Shown here: positions 53,027-64,000 of the stretch, in pieces
How the letters are laid out: every line of letters begins with the position of its first letter
How positions within the stretch are numbered: the stretch's first letter is position 1
Origin: Alphaproteobacteria bacterium
GTDB taxonomy: Bacteria; Pseudomonadota; Alphaproteobacteria; Bin95
Direction: 5' to 3'
Assembly: GCA_963665325.3 (NCBI GenBank)
Contig: CAXXWS020000003.1
Span: 576,001-640,000, forward strand
Length of the DNA stretch: 64,000 nucleotides
The notes under the pieces: model-generated
Databases searched by the model: none
What the model was told of the DNA's origin: nothing
What the model saw: the letters and a program-made list of their open reading frames with translations, nothing else
Position numbers and translations under genes: made by a program

Positions 53027-53797
53027 ATGACCCGCGTCTGGACCGTTCTGGCCGCTGCCGTCCTGTCGGTCGCGCCGGCATCGGGCGCCCCGCTGGTCGC
53101 GTGGGACTCGGAGGAGAGCGCGGCGCGCTTCTCGCGCTCGGCGCACAAGGCGGATTTCTTCCCCCTCAGCAACCATTTCGTCAGCCAGGACAACAAGATC
53201 TATTGCGGCCCGGCCTCGTCCGCGATCGTGCTCAATGCGCTCCGTCTCGGCAAGCGCAAGGGGCTGCCGCAGGACCGCCGCGCTATCGCCGCCGCGGACA
53301 TGGCATGGCTGCCGGCCGGCCTCGATCCCTTCCTCGGCAAATACACGCCGAACAATGTGCTGATCGACGGCACGAAGACCGTGGCGGAGGTTCTGGGCAA
53401 GCCCGTCGAGATCGGGGGAGAGTGGCGCAGGGACTTCGGCCTGCAGCTTCGCCAGCTCGGCCGGGTGCTTCGCGCGCACGGCCTGTCGGTCACGGTGCGC
53501 GTCGTGGAGGACGGCGCGGCGTCCGGAACGCTGCGCGACGAGCTGGCCCGGAACCTGGCCGCCCGGGACGACTATGTACTCGTCAACTATTCCCGCAAGG
53601 CGCTCGGACAGACGGGCGGCGGGCATATCTCGCCGCTCGGGGCCTATGACCGGGCAAGCGATTCCTTCCTCGTCATGGATGTGAACCCGAACCGCGCACC
53701 CTGGGTCTGGGTCCGGGCGAGCGACCTGATCGCCGCCATGCGGACCTTCGATACCGTCGAGAACCGGGGCTACCTGCTTATCTCGGAAGGAGAGTAG
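53027..53797 (+). CDS. Phytochelatin synthase family protein with signal peptide
   Basis: Q....YCGPAS..VLNAL, GGHISPLGAYD and MDV give the Cys-His-Asp triad. Confidence 0.9.
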   Translation: MTRVWTVLAAAVLSVAPASGAPLVAWDSEESAARFSRSAHKADFFPLSNHFVSQDNKIYCGPASSAIVLNALRLGKRKGLPQDRRAIAAADMAWLPAGLDPFLGKYTPNNVLIDGTKTVAEVLGKPVEIGGEWRRDFGLQLRQLGRVLRAHGLSVTVRVVEDGAASGTLRDELARNLAARDDYVLVNYSRKALGQTGGGHISPLGAYDRASDSFLVMDVNPNRAPWVWVRASDLIAAMRTFDTVENRGYLLISEGE

Positions 53798-53886
53798 CCC
53801 GGCGGCGCCGGCCGAAAGAGGCGGGGCGCTGCGTCCGCTCTTCCCGGTCGGACGGTTCGGCGGCAATCCCTCGCAACCATGCGGCG

Positions 53887-54315
53887 TCAGGCGAGGGGAT
53901 TGACCCACCTGAGACCCGGAAACCGCGCCATGTCCGCGTCGGTCGAATGAAGTTCGGCCTGATGCTCGATAGCCAGCGCGGCGAGATGGGCGTCCGTGGT
54001 CAGATTGCCGGCGGAGCCTGCCGCTTCCAGGAGGGCGAACAGAATGTCCGCATGGCGGTCTCCCGGATGAATAAGGACCGTTTGGGGCCTTCCGAGCCAT
54101 GACCGGACGTACATGCAGGCGCCGCCTATATCGAGCGGCCTGTCGAAAATCCTGGGATTTGTGGCGATGCGTATGAAGCCCAGGATCGCGACCCAGGGAA
54201 GGCCGACGCCGACGGAGCCGTTCATCAGCGTCTCCCACCACCTCCGCGCCGCCTCGTGGCGAGGGGACCGGGAATCGTGACTATGCAGGAGCAGGTTGAC
54301 GTCGGGAACGATCAC
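53887..54315 (-). CDS. vapC: VapC (PIN domain) toxin
   Basis: PDVNLLL, F.RIATNPR and GNLTTDAHLAALAIEH...STD.D..RFPGL.W.NPL. Confidence 0.94.
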   Translation of the reverse strand: MIVPDVNLLLHSHDSRSPRHEAARRWWETLMNGSVGVGLPWVAILGFIRIATNPRIFDRPLDIGGACMYVRSWLGRPQTVLIHPGDRHADILFALLEAAGSAGNLTTDAHLAALAIEHQAELHSTDADMARFPGLRWVNPLA

Positions 54316-54572
54316 CGGCTGCGCCGCCGGGCGAATTCTTCCGCTTCCAACTCATCGACAAGCTGGTTGAACCGATCCCTGTCAACGCCCGGCCCGATGC
54401 CGAAGTCATGGGGCTTCACCTTATAGCGAGACGGGCGGGGCGGTTTGCCGCGCATTCCCAGCCCAAGGCGCAAAGCATCGTTGACGACAGCCTTCATACT
54501 CCTGCCGGTGCGCCGGATTTCCCGCTGAAGCAACTGCTCGACATCCGCGTCGAGGGTCAGTGTGGTTCTCAT
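54312..54572 (-). CDS. VapB-type (RHH) antitoxin
   Basis: MRTTLTLDADV...S.K.VVNDALR.GL; overlaps the toxin start. Confidence 0.9.
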   Translation of the reverse strand: MRTTLTLDADVEQLLQREIRRTGRSMKAVVNDALRLGLGMRGKPPRPSRYKVKPHDFGIGPGVDRDRFNQLVDELEAEEFARRRSR

Positions 54573-54576
54573 ATGA

Positions 54577-54608
54577 GGCATCATGATGCCCATCATAATT
54601 GATGTCAA
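54577..54608 (-). promoter_or_regulatory. TA promoter with two palindromic operators
   Basis: Minus-strand TTGACA-17 nt-CATGAT; palindromes GGCATCATGATGCC and CATCA-TAAT-TGATG. Confidence 0.75.
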
Positions 54609-54828
54609 GATGCGCCATGGCATCGGCATTGGACCGGGCCCTTGCAGCCGGACAGCTTCATGCGGCTGATTTGACCGGCTCGCGGGGCTGTTTCCCCTTC
54701 GGGAGTCCGTTTCGGTCCCCGAAATGCCGACCGCGCATGGAGATTGCCGAAAGGGGTATTTCCCCGATGCCCTGCCGCCGTTCACGGTCGCCTCCTTTTC
54801 AGGCCGAGCGCGCCCGGGAGGTGAGACG

Positions 54829-55812
54829 ATGCCCGAGATGGCGAAACGGCGTTCCCTGCAAGTCCTGGCCGCGTTTCTTGCGGTGCTTGTTCCTTCGTCC
54901 TGTGCAGAGAGATTCGATAGCTCGCCCGCCGCCGCCGGGGAGGTGCGGACCCTGCGGCACCAGGGCGTCGAGCGGCGCTACTACCTGCAGAACGGGGAGG
55001 CGGGGGTTGCCGCGCCCGCGCCGCTGGTCGTGTCGCTGCACGGATACCGCAGCAGGGAGAAGGCCTTGGCGGAACGCGAAGACCTGGGCCGTATCGGCTG
55101 GGACGCGCTGGGCCGGGTGGCAGGCCGCGAGCGGTTCATTGTCGCCTATCCGCATGCCTGGCTCGGGAAATGGAACCTGTTCGACGGGCTCGATAACACG
55201 ACATTCGAGGACGGGCGGAAGGCGGACGATATTGGCTTCATCTTCGCGGTGGTCTCGCACCTCGTCGAGGAGGGCCTGGCAGATCCCGAACGGGTCTATC
55301 TGACAGGGTTCTCCGACGGCGCGATCATGTCCTACAGGCTGCTTTGCACGGCCGGGATGCCGTTTGCCGCCGCCGCCCCCGGGGCCGGGTCGATGTTCGA
55401 GGGGCACCGGGACTCATGCGCGGCGGAAGCGCCGGTGCCGATCATGGTCATCGCCGGCACATTCGATGCGGTCTTGCCTTACGACGGCTGGATATTCCCG
55501 ACGGGGCGCGAACTGTCTATTCCCGAGACGTTGGAGCATTTCCGTCGGCTCAACGGTTGCACCGGCCAGGAAGGTGCACTCCGGTACGACCGGGACGGCT
55601 GGGACGACAGCCGCGTGCTCGAAATGCGCTGGACGGGCTGCACGGTCGAGGGCTCCGTCAAGCTCCTCAAGGTCAAGGGCGGCGGCCACAACTGGCCCAG
55701 CTACGAACCCCTCCCCTCGGAATGGCGCAAATGGGCCGGCGCCCACAATCGCGACATCGAGAGCGCGGAGGAAATCTGGAAGTTCGTGCGCCGGTTCCGC
55801 AAGGAGGGGTGA
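54829..55812 (+). CDS. Exported alpha/beta-hydrolase (LpqP/PHB depolymerase-like esterase)
   Basis: Signal with lipobox-like SSC; LHG, GFSDG nucleophile, GTFD and GGGHNWP. Confidence 0.85.
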   Translation: MPEMAKRRSLQVLAAFLAVLVPSSCAERFDSSPAAAGEVRTLRHQGVERRYYLQNGEAGVAAPAPLVVSLHGYRSREKALAEREDLGRIGWDALGRVAGRERFIVAYPHAWLGKWNLFDGLDNTTFEDGRKADDIGFIFAVVSHLVEEGLADPERVYLTGFSDGAIMSYRLLCTAGMPFAAAAPGAGSMFEGHRDSCAAEAPVPIMVIAGTFDAVLPYDGWIFPTGRELSIPETLEHFRRLNGCTGQEGALRYDRDGWDDSRVLEMRWTGCTVEGSVKLLKVKGGGHNWPSYEPLPSEWRKWAGAHNRDIESAEEIWKFVRRFRKEG

Positions 55813-55882
55813 GCCGGCGCCAGCCCCTTCCCGGCGGCGCGGCGCGGGGCTATACCGGAGGGGTCGTTGGCGGCGGGGCGGC

Positions 55883-56314
55883 ATGGCGGACTTGGAGATC
55901 ATCCTTCTCGGAATTGCGGTGGCGGCGAGCGCGCTTGCGTTCGGCGGCATGGTGACCTTCACCGGCTTCTTCGCGCCGATGGTGTTCCGCAGGCTCGACA
56001 AGCCGGTCGCCGACGCCTTCATGCGGGACGCCTTCGGCCCCTATTACATCTTCATGGCCGTCGTTTCCGGCATCGCGGCAGTGTCGGCGCTCCCTGTGCA
56101 GCCCTGGGACGCCGCGATCATGGCGCTGGTGACGGCCGCGTTCCTCGCCTCGCGCTATGTGACCATGCCGCAGACCCAGCGCCTGTTCGACGCCCGCGAG
56201 CGGGGCGAATACGGTGCGGCGGACGAATTCACGCGCGCCCACAAGCGCGGGGCCTTCGTCAACATGATCCAACTGGTCGCCGTTCTGGTCGCGCTGCTGC
56301 GGCTGGCGCTCTGA
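55883..56314 (+). CDS. DUF4149-like membrane protein
   Basis: Four hydrophobic segments; AP.VFRRL, F..YY and F.R.H motifs. Confidence 0.72.
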   Translation: MADLEIILLGIAVAASALAFGGMVTFTGFFAPMVFRRLDKPVADAFMRDAFGPYYIFMAVVSGIAAVSALPVQPWDAAIMALVTAAFLASRYVTMPQTQRLFDARERGEYGAADEFTRAHKRGAFVNMIQLVAVLVALLRLAL

Positions 56315-56329
56315 GGCGCCGGCGCTCCC

Positions 56330-56920
56330 ATGCGCAGGGGCCTGCAGATCGGGCTGCTCGTTTCCGGCGTCATCGTCTGCGTGCTCGCCGGCTACTGGCT
56401 CTGGTGGGCGCTAGACGGCGGGCCGGAGCGGGGCCGACCGAGCGTGGGCGGGCCGTTCGAGCTGATCGACGGCGACGGGCGGAAGGTCACGGAGCGGGAC
56501 TTCGAGGGCCGGCACATGCTGGTCTATTTCGGCTACACCTTCTGCCCCGACGTGTGCCCGACCACGCTCTTCAATGCCAGCGGGGCGCTGGACGAGATCG
56601 GCCCGGCGCTGGCGTCGAAGGTCCGGCTGGTCTTCATCTCCATCGACCCCGAGCGCGACACGCCCGATATCGTCAGGGAATATGCCGGCCACTTCCATCC
56701 CGGCACGGTGGGCCTGACCGGCACGCCGGAACAGGTCGCCGCCGCCGCCCGCGCCTTCCGCATCTACTACCGCAAGGCCGAGCCGGAGGAGGACGGCGGC
56801 TACCTGGTGGACCACTCCTCCATCCTGTTCCTGATGGACGGGGACGGGCGCTACGTCACGCACTTCAGCCATGAGGCGACCGCGGCGGACATGGCAGCGG
56901 CGCTAAAACGCCTGCTGTGA
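56330..56920 (+). CDS. SCO1/SenC copper chaperone
   Basis: FGYTFCPDVCP, SIDPERDT and VDHS motifs. Confidence 0.95.
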   Translation: MRRGLQIGLLVSGVIVCVLAGYWLWWALDGGPERGRPSVGGPFELIDGDGRKVTERDFEGRHMLVYFGYTFCPDVCPTTLFNASGALDEIGPALASKVRLVFISIDPERDTPDIVREYAGHFHPGTVGLTGTPEQVAAAARAFRIYYRKAEPEEDGGYLVDHSSILFLMDGDGRYVTHFSHEATAADMAAALKRLL

Positions 56921-58167
56921 AAGGCGTGGTCCTGGCCGCGCCGGCCTCGGGTAGCGGCAAGACGACGATTGCCGCGGGCCTCGTCCGCGCACTTCGCCGA
57001 GAGGGCCACACCGTGCAGCCCTACAAGGCGGGGCCGGACTATATCGATGCGGGTTTCCTCGCCGCCGCTGCGGGCCGGCCCTGCCGCAATCTCGACCCCT
57101 GGGCGATGCGCCCCGAAACGTTCGCGGGGGCGCTCGACGCGGATGCCGACCTCGCCGTGGTCGAAGGGGTCATGGGCCTCTTCGACGGGGCGGAAGGCGG
57201 CGGCGGGTCCACTGCCGACCTGGCGGCGCTCACGGGCTGGCCGGTCGTGTTCGCGGTGGATTGCGCGGGGCAGGGCCAGTCGGTCGCCGCGCTGCTGGAA
57301 GGCTTTGCGCGCCACCGGGGCGACATCGACATTGCCGGGGCGGTGCTCAACCGGGTAGCGGGCGACCGTCACGAGGCGCTGCTGCGCGAGCGGGCGGGCG
57401 CGGTGCCGATCCTGGCCGCAATGTCGCGCGATCCGGCGCTGGCGCTGCCTTCGCGCCATCTGGGGCTGGTGCAGGCGGGCGAGCATCCCGGGCTCGAAGG
57501 CTGGCTGGAGCGTGCCGCGGACCTCGTGCCGGCGGCGGCGTTTCCCTTCGGCCCGCTCCGGATGGCGGCGGCGCGGAAAGCGAACGGAACGCCCCTGCCG
57601 CCGCCCGGCCAGCGCATCGCGGTCGCACGCGACGAGGCCTTCGCCTTCGCTTATGAGCATGTGCTGGCTGGCTGGCGGCGCGCCGGGGCCGAAATCGCCT
57701 TCTTCTCGCCGCTCGCCGATGAGGCGCCCGACGGTGACGCGGTCTTCCTGCCGGGCGGTTATCCCGAGCTCCATGCCGGGCGCATCGCGGCGGCCCATAA
57801 CTTCCTGGGCGCGCTTCGCCGGCACGAGGGACCGGTCTACGGCGAATGCGGCGGCTATATGGTGCTGGGCGAAGGGCTGGAGGACGCGGAGGGCAAATGC
57901 CACGCCATGGCGGGCCTGCTGCCGCTGGAAACGAGCTTCGCCGGGCCTGTCCGCCGCCTTGGCTACCGCCGGCTTGCCGCACAGGGAGGATTTCCGCTCG
58001 GCAGGACGTTTCGCGGCCACGAATTCCACTATGCGCGCGTGTTCCGCGAAGGCCCGGGCGAACCGCTGTTCGAAGCGGCGGACACACTCGGCCGCCCGCT
58101 CGGTTCCGCCGGCCTCGTTCGCGGCAGGGTCGCCGGCTCATTCATGCACCTGATCGACGCCGCCTGA
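56917..58167 (+). CDS. cobB: Cobyrinate a,c-diamide synthase
   Basis: SGSGKTT, GPDYID, EGVMGLFDG, PSRHLGL, GECGG and GHEFHY motifs. Confidence 0.95.
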   Translation: MKGVVLAAPASGSGKTTIAAGLVRALRREGHTVQPYKAGPDYIDAGFLAAAAGRPCRNLDPWAMRPETFAGALDADADLAVVEGVMGLFDGAEGGGGSTADLAALTGWPVVFAVDCAGQGQSVAALLEGFARHRGDIDIAGAVLNRVAGDRHEALLRERAGAVPILAAMSRDPALALPSRHLGLVQAGEHPGLEGWLERAADLVPAAAFPFGPLRMAAARKANGTPLPPPGQRIAVARDEAFAFAYEHVLAGWRRAGAEIAFFSPLADEAPDGDAVFLPGGYPELHAGRIAAAHNFLGALRRHEGPVYGECGGYMVLGEGLEDAEGKCHAMAGLLPLETSFAGPVRRLGYRRLAAQGGFPLGRTFRGHEFHYARVFREGPGEPLFEAADTLGRPLGSAGLVRGRVAGSFMHLIDAA

Positions 58168-58181
58168 GGCGGGCCGCCGCG

Positions 58182-59387
<1,206 letters not shown>

Positions 59388-59390
59388 GGT

Positions 59391-60239
59391 TCAGCCCCGA
59401 TCCCTGCCGCCGCCCCGCTGCTTGCAGATGCGGTCCAGCAGGATGGCGACGATGACGATCGCGAGCCCGGCCTCGAAGCCCTTGGCAATGTTGACCGTAT
59501 TGAGCGCGCGCAGCACCGGCACGCCGAGGCCGGGCGCGCCTACCATCGCCGCGATGACGACCATGGAGAGGCTGAGCATGATGCACTGGGTGACGCCCGC
59601 CATAATGGTCGGCATGGCGTGCGGCAGCTCGACCTTCCAGAGCAGCTGGCGGCGTGTTGCGCCGAACGCCTCCCCCGCTTCGACCAGCGGCCGGGGCACG
59701 CTGGAAATCCCGAGATGGGTAAGGCGGACGGGGGCCGGGATGGCGAAGATCACGGTCGAGATCAGGCCCGGCACCACGCCCAGCCCGAACATGATCATGG
59801 TCGGGATCAGATAGACGAAGGTCGGGATGGTCTGCATCAGGTCGAGCACCGGCCGGATGGCGTTGTAGAGCCAGGGCCGGTGCGCCGCCGCGATGCCGAC
59901 GGGCACGCCGACGGCGATGCAGATCGCGGTCGAGAAGAGGATCAGGGTCAGCGTCTGGACCGTCGTTTCCCAGTAGCCGAGATTGATGACCAGCAGCAGC
60001 GTCAGGACGACCGCGGCGGCCAGCTTCCAGGACCGGTGCAGCCAGAAGGCGAGGCCGGCGATTGCCAGCACCAGGAGGAGCGCCGGCACGGCCAGCGCCA
60101 GACCGGCCACACCCTCGATCAGGAATTTCAGGACCTCGGACAGGTAATCGAAGAACCACGCCGCATGATCGAGCAGCAGGTCCACGAAGGACGCGATCCA
60201 CTTGCCGAGCGGAATCTTATGGTCCGTCAGCCAGTCCAA
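59391..60239 (-). CDS. choW: Choline ABC transporter permease
   Basis: MDWLTDHKIPLG, LDLMQTIPTFVYLIP and EAA loop; TTG start. Confidence 0.93.
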   Translation of the reverse strand: MDWLTDHKIPLGKWIASFVDLLLDHAAWFFDYLSEVLKFLIEGVAGLALAVPALLLVLAIAGLAFWLHRSWKLAAAVVLTLLLVINLGYWETTVQTLTLILFSTAICIAVGVPVGIAAAHRPWLYNAIRPVLDLMQTIPTFVYLIPTMIMFGLGVVPGLISTVIFAIPAPVRLTHLGISSVPRPLVEAGEAFGATRRQLLWKVELPHAMPTIMAGVTQCIMLSLSMVVIAAMVGAPGLGVPVLRALNTVNIAKGFEAGLAIVIVAILLDRICKQRGGGRDRG

Positions 60240-60282
60240 GGTCTACCCCGCGGCGTTCCCGACCCGCCCGGGCCGGGCGCAG

Positions 60283-61230
60283 TTACAGGCCGAGATGCGC
60301 CTTGACGGCCGCCATGCCGTCGCCGCCGTCCATGGTCGTCACGCCGTCGAGCCAGCCGGCCAGCACGTCCGGATTGGCCTTGAGCCACGCCGTCGCTGCC
60401 TTGTCGGGCTCCTCGCCCTCGTCGAGGATCGCCGTCATGATCTCGTTTTCCATGGCCAGCGTGAACTTCAGGTTGGCCAGCAGCTTGCCGACATTGGGGC
60501 ATTCTGCGGCATAACCCTGCCGGACATTGGTGAACACCTCGGCGCCGCCGAAATTGGGGCCGAACCAGTCATCGCCGCCGGCGAGATAGGTCAGTTCGAA
60601 ATTGGCGTTCATCGGGTGCGGCTCCCAGCCGAGGAAGACGATCCACTCTTCCTTGCGGTTGGCGCGCGCGACCTGCGCCAGCATGCCCTGCTCGCTCGAC
60701 TCGACGACCTCGAAACCCTTGAGGCCGAAGGCGTCCTTGTCGATCATGCTCTGGATCAGGCGGTTGCCGTCATTGCCGGGTTCGATGCCGTAGATCTTGC
60801 CCTCCAGCATGTCCCGGTGCGCAGAGATGTCGCCGAAACTCTTGATGCCGCCATCGGCCGCCAGCTTGTTGACGGCGAGCGTGTATTTGGCGCCGGCGAG
60901 GTTCATGCCCACGGTCTCGACCGACCCGTCCTCGCGGTAGGGCGCGATATCGGCCTCCATCGTCGGCATCCAGTTGCCGAGGAAGACATCGATATCGCCG
61001 TTCTTGAGGCTGGTATAGGTGACCGGCACCGAGAGCACGGTCGCGCTCGGCTCGTAGCCGAGGCCCGTGAGGACGACCGAGGTTGCAGCGGTGGTGGAGG
61101 TGATGTCCGTCCACCCGACATCCGAGAAACGGACCGCCTTGCAGGAGTCCACATCGGCCGCCCAGCCGGCGGAAGACGCCATCAAGGCGGAAACAATTCC
61201 GATTGCTGCCAGTCGCATGCGTCCTGTCAT
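60283..61230 (-). CDS. choX: Choline ABC transporter substrate-binding protein
   Basis: VRFSDVGWTDI, FLGNWMP, YGIEPGNDGN and WEPHPMN motifs. Confidence 0.95.
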   Translation of the reverse strand: MTGRMRLAAIGIVSALMASSAGWAADVDSCKAVRFSDVGWTDITSTTAATSVVLTGLGYEPSATVLSVPVTYTSLKNGDIDVFLGNWMPTMEADIAPYREDGSVETVGMNLAGAKYTLAVNKLAADGGIKSFGDISAHRDMLEGKIYGIEPGNDGNRLIQSMIDKDAFGLKGFEVVESSEQGMLAQVARANRKEEWIVFLGWEPHPMNANFELTYLAGGDDWFGPNFGGAEVFTNVRQGYAAECPNVGKLLANLKFTLAMENEIMTAILDEGEEPDKAATAWLKANPDVLAGWLDGVTTMDGGDGMAAVKAHLGL

Positions 61231-61339
61231 CGCCCAGTCCTCCTGTTCCGGTGTCCGCCTGCATCCTTCTGTCTGCAAACCGGGCCATGGTACGGCTACC
61301 ATGACGGCGCCGCAAGGAAAGAAGCGGCGGGATGCAGCG

Positions 61340-62998
61340 ATGAACGAAGGCCGGATTTTCGACTATGTCGTGGTTGGCGCCGGGTCCGCGGGCTGCGTGC
61401 TCGCCAACCGGCTGACAGAGGACGGCAAGGCGACGGTGCTGCTGCTGGAGGCCGGCGGCAGTGACCGCAGCATCTTCCTGCAGATGCCCTCCGCGCTGGC
61501 CATCGCCATGGGCCACAGGCGCTATGGCTGGCACTACTGGACCGAGCCCGAGCCGCATCTGGGCGGGCGGCGCCTCCACTGCCCGCGCGGCCGGGTGCTC
61601 GGCGGTTCGTCCTCCGTCAACGGCATGGCCTATGTGCGCGGCAACCCGCTCGATTTCGAGGGCTGGGCGGAAGGCGGCGCGCCGGGCTGGGCCTATGCCG
61701 AGGTGCTGCCTTACTACCGCAAGGCCGAGAGCTTCGGCGGCGGCGGCGACGAGTGGCGCGGCGACACGGGCCCGCTCAACACCTCGCGCGGCACAATGGC
61801 GAACCCGCTCTACGGCGCCTTCATCGAGGCGGGCGAGCAGGCCGGCTACGCGCGAACTGCGGACATGAACGGCTACCGGCAGGAAGGCTTCGGGCCGATG
61901 GACATGACCGTTCACCGGGGCCGGCGCTGGAGCGCCGCCAACGCCTACCTCAGGCCGGCGGCCGGAAGGCCCAACCTGGCGGTGGAGACCGACGCTCTCG
62001 CAACCCGCATCCTGTTGGACGGCCGCCGCGCCGCCGGCATCGAATACCGCCGGGGCAACACGGTCCGCACCGCCCGGGCGCGGCGCGAGATCATCCTTTC
62101 CACCGGGCCCGTCAACGGGCCGCAGCTCCTGATGCTCTCCGGCATAGGCCCGGCCGCGCAACTCCGCGAGCACGGCATCGCGGTCGTCCACGACCTGCCC
62201 GGGATCGGCGGAAACCTCCAGGACCACCTGGAACTGTACGTGCAGCAGGAATGCACGCAGCCGATCACGCTCCATTCCGCGACCGGCCTGTTGCAGAAGG
62301 CCCTGATCGGCGCGCGCTGGGTGCTGTTCAGGTCCGGGCTCGGCGCGACCAACCACTTCGAGGCCGGCGGCTTCATCCGCTCGCGTCCGGGCATCCGCTG
62401 GCCGGACATCCAGTACCATTTCCTGCCGCTTGCGGCTTCCTACGACATGAGCGAGCAGGTCCGCTGCCACGGCTACCAGGCCCACGTCGGCCCGATGCGC
62501 TCGAAATCGCGCGGCGAGGTCCGGCTCGCATCCGCCGACCCGCTGGAGCCGCCGACGGTGCGGTTCGACTATCTGAGCCATCCCGACGACTGGGCGGAGA
62601 TGCGCGCCTGCGTCCGCCTCACACGGGAACTCTTCGCCCAGTCCGCCTTCGACCCTTATCGCGGCCGGGAGCTCGCACCGGGCGAGGCGGTGCGGAGCGA
62701 CGAGGAGATCGACGCTTTCGTGCGCGAGACCGTCCAGAGCGCCTACCACCCCTGCGGGACCTGCCGGTTGGGCACGGACGCCATGGCGGTTGTCGATCCG
62801 GAGCTGCGGGTTCGCGGCGTGGACGGCCTGCGGGTGGTGGACAGCTCCATCATGCCGGCGATCACGACCGGCAATCTCAACGCGCCGACGATCATGATTG
62901 CGGAGAAGGCCGCCGACATCGTCCGCGGGCGGCCGCCCCTGCCGCCCTCAGCCGCTCCCTTCTACACAGCGCCCGACTGGCAAACAGCCCAGCGCTGA
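61340..62998 (+). CDS. betA: Choline dehydrogenase (GMC oxidoreductase)
   Basis: [30 protein letters not shown] and GNLNAPTIM; divergent from choXWV. Confidence 0.94.
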   Translation: MNEGRIFDYVVVGAGSAGCVLANRLTEDGKATVLLLEAGGSDRSIFLQMPSALAIAMGHRRYGWHYWTEPEPHLGGRRLHCPRGRVLGGSSSVNGMAYVRGNPLDFEGWAEGGAPGWAYAEVLPYYRKAESFGGGGDEWRGDTGPLNTSRGTMANPLYGAFIEAGEQAGYARTADMNGYRQEGFGPMDMTVHRGRRWSAANAYLRPAAGRPNLAVETDALATRILLDGRRAAGIEYRRGNTVRTARARREIILSTGPVNGPQLLMLSGIGPAAQLREHGIAVVHDLPGIGGNLQDHLELYVQQECTQPITLHSATGLLQKALIGARWVLFRSGLGATNHFEAGGFIRSRPGIRWPDIQYHFLPLAASYDMSEQVRCHGYQAHVGPMRSKSRGEVRLASADPLEPPTVRFDYLSHPDDWAEMRACVRLTRELFAQSAFDPYRGRELAPGEAVRSDEEIDAFVRETVQSAYHPCGTCRLGTDAMAVVDPELRVRGVDGLRVVDSSIMPAITTGNLNAPTIMIAEKAADIVRGRPPLPPSAAPFYTAPDWQTAQR

Positions 62999-63013
62999 CC
63001 GACCGGCCGGATC

Positions 63014-63430
63014 CTACGGTCCGGCGTCGATCTCGATGGTGCGCGTGCGGATCTCTGGCTCCGGGCGGGCGAGATCGATATGCAGCAGCCCATTTTCTGT
63101 ATACGCCTTCTGCACCTCGATACCCTCGGCCAGCACAAAGCGGCGCTGGAACTGGCGTGCCGCGATGCCCCGGTGCAGGAAAACCCGCCCGTCCGCCTCC
63201 TCGCTCTGGCGGCCGCGCACGATCAACTGGCGGTCCTCGACCGAGATCGTGAGGTCTTCGCGCGAAAAGCCCGCTACCGCCAGCGAAATGCGCAGCCGGT
63301 TCTCGTCCGTCTGCTCGATATTGTAGGGCGGATAGCCCTCCGCCGATGCCTTCGAAACGGTATCGAGCATTTGCTCCAGACGGTCGAAACCGAGCAGCAG
63401 CGGGCTGTTGAAAACCGGTATTCGCGACAT
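63014..63430 (-). CDS. Small heat shock protein (Hsp20/IbpA family)
   Basis: YPPYNIE, LAVAGF, LHRGIAARQF and NGLLHIDL motifs. Confidence 0.96.
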   Translation of the reverse strand: MSRIPVFNSPLLLGFDRLEQMLDTVSKASAEGYPPYNIEQTDENRLRISLAVAGFSREDLTISVEDRQLIVRGRQSEEADGRVFLHRGIAARQFQRRFVLAEGIEVQKAYTENGLLHIDLARPEPEIRTRTIEIDAGP

Positions 63431-63534
63431 GGCGCTGGCTCCCCTTCCGACCAAGCAGGACGCGCACGAACCGGACCCGAGCATTGCGGCATCCGGCGGC
63501 ATTGGTATATGGGAGAGGGGAGAGGGAGTGCAAG
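63431..63534 (-). promoter_or_regulatory. Sigma32-like promoter and ROSE-like 5'UTR of hsp20
   Basis: Minus-strand CTTGCA-15 nt-CCCATATA; UTR has UCCUGCU upstream of a GGGGAG SD. Confidence 0.55.
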
Positions 63535-63542
63535 CGCCGCCC

Positions 63543-64000
63543 ATGACCGAAAAGCCCGACACGACCGCTCAGCCAGTCCCGTTCACGCTAGACGGCCGCG
63601 AGGTGTCGGCGCTCCCCGGCGAGACGATATGGGAGGCTGCCGCGCGTCTCGGCACGGTACTTCCCCATCTCTGCTACGCGCCGGAGCCGGGCTACCGTGC
63701 CGACGGCAATTGCCGCGCCTGCATGGTCGAGATCGAGGGCGAGCGCGCACTGGCGCCATCCTGCCTGCGGTACCCCGAGGCGGGCATGACCGTGAACAGC
63801 GCGGGCGACCGGCCCGAGCGCGCCCGGCGCATGGTGCTGGAACTGCTGCTGGCGGATCAGCCGCCCGAGGCCCACGACCCTGCCTCGCATTTCGGCCACT
63901 GGATCGCGGATGCCGGGCTGGAAGCCGGGCGGCTGCCGGGGCGCGAGGCGCCGTCGGAGGATGTCAGCCACCCGGCCATGGCGGTCAATCTCGACGCCTG
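63543..64000 (+). CDS. fdhF: Formate dehydrogenase alpha subunit, N-terminal 2Fe-2S domain (runs off window)
   Basis: FTLDGREV.A.PGETIW, PHLCY...GYRADGNCRACMVEIEGER.LAPSC. Confidence 0.85.
   Translation, partial: MTEKPDTTAQPVPFTLDGREVSALPGETIWEAAARLGTVLPHLCYAPEPGYRADGNCRACMVEIEGERALAPSCLRYPEAGMTVNSAGDRPERARRMVLELLLADQPPEAHDPASHFGHWIADAGLEAGRLPGREAPSEDVSHPAMAVNLDA

Noticed and set aside
53855-54755. Possible terminal inverted repeats around the third TA pair (CGGCAATC / GATTGCCG)
   Set aside because: Only 8 bp match and no target duplication.
54610-54828. Possible cobalamin riboswitch near the cob genes
   Set aside because: Could not find the B12-box or GCCCCCGCAACTGT-like core here or upstream of cbiD.

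Overview
High-GC alphaproteobacterial chromosome segment. The class call rests on a permuted two-piece tmRNA, an alpha-type SspB and an EipB/DUF1849 gene. Choline uptake and a DMSP-lyase-like cupin suggest a marine lifestyle (inference). Core blocks are rplM-rpsI-argC, epmA, dksA, ileS-lspA-DUF3035-pgi-mutL, ssrA-sspB-fumarase, DAHP synthase-NAPRT-nadE, DUF2066-CDP-alcohol phosphotransferase-AI-2E-hda divergent from purMN, scattered cob genes, choXWV/betA, hsp20 and the 5' end of a formate dehydrogenase alpha subunit. Catabolic enzyme genes and three VapBC-type toxin-antitoxin pairs lie between them. Structures not explained by the ORF track: (1) a 792-bp transposase-less cassette (38132-38923) with 26-bp terminal inverted repeats and a target-site duplication whose only cargo is a Phd/VapC TA operon; (2) a 309-bp MITE with a TTAG duplication that supplies the stop codons of two convergent genes; (3) a promoter-led ~450-nt structured element ending in tandem 22-bp repeats (11410-11890); (4) an unlisted 43-aa cytochrome oxidase subunit-IV-like ORF; (5) choV lacking ATG and sitting in frame one TGA after choW. 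All product calls come from motif recognition, with no database searches.
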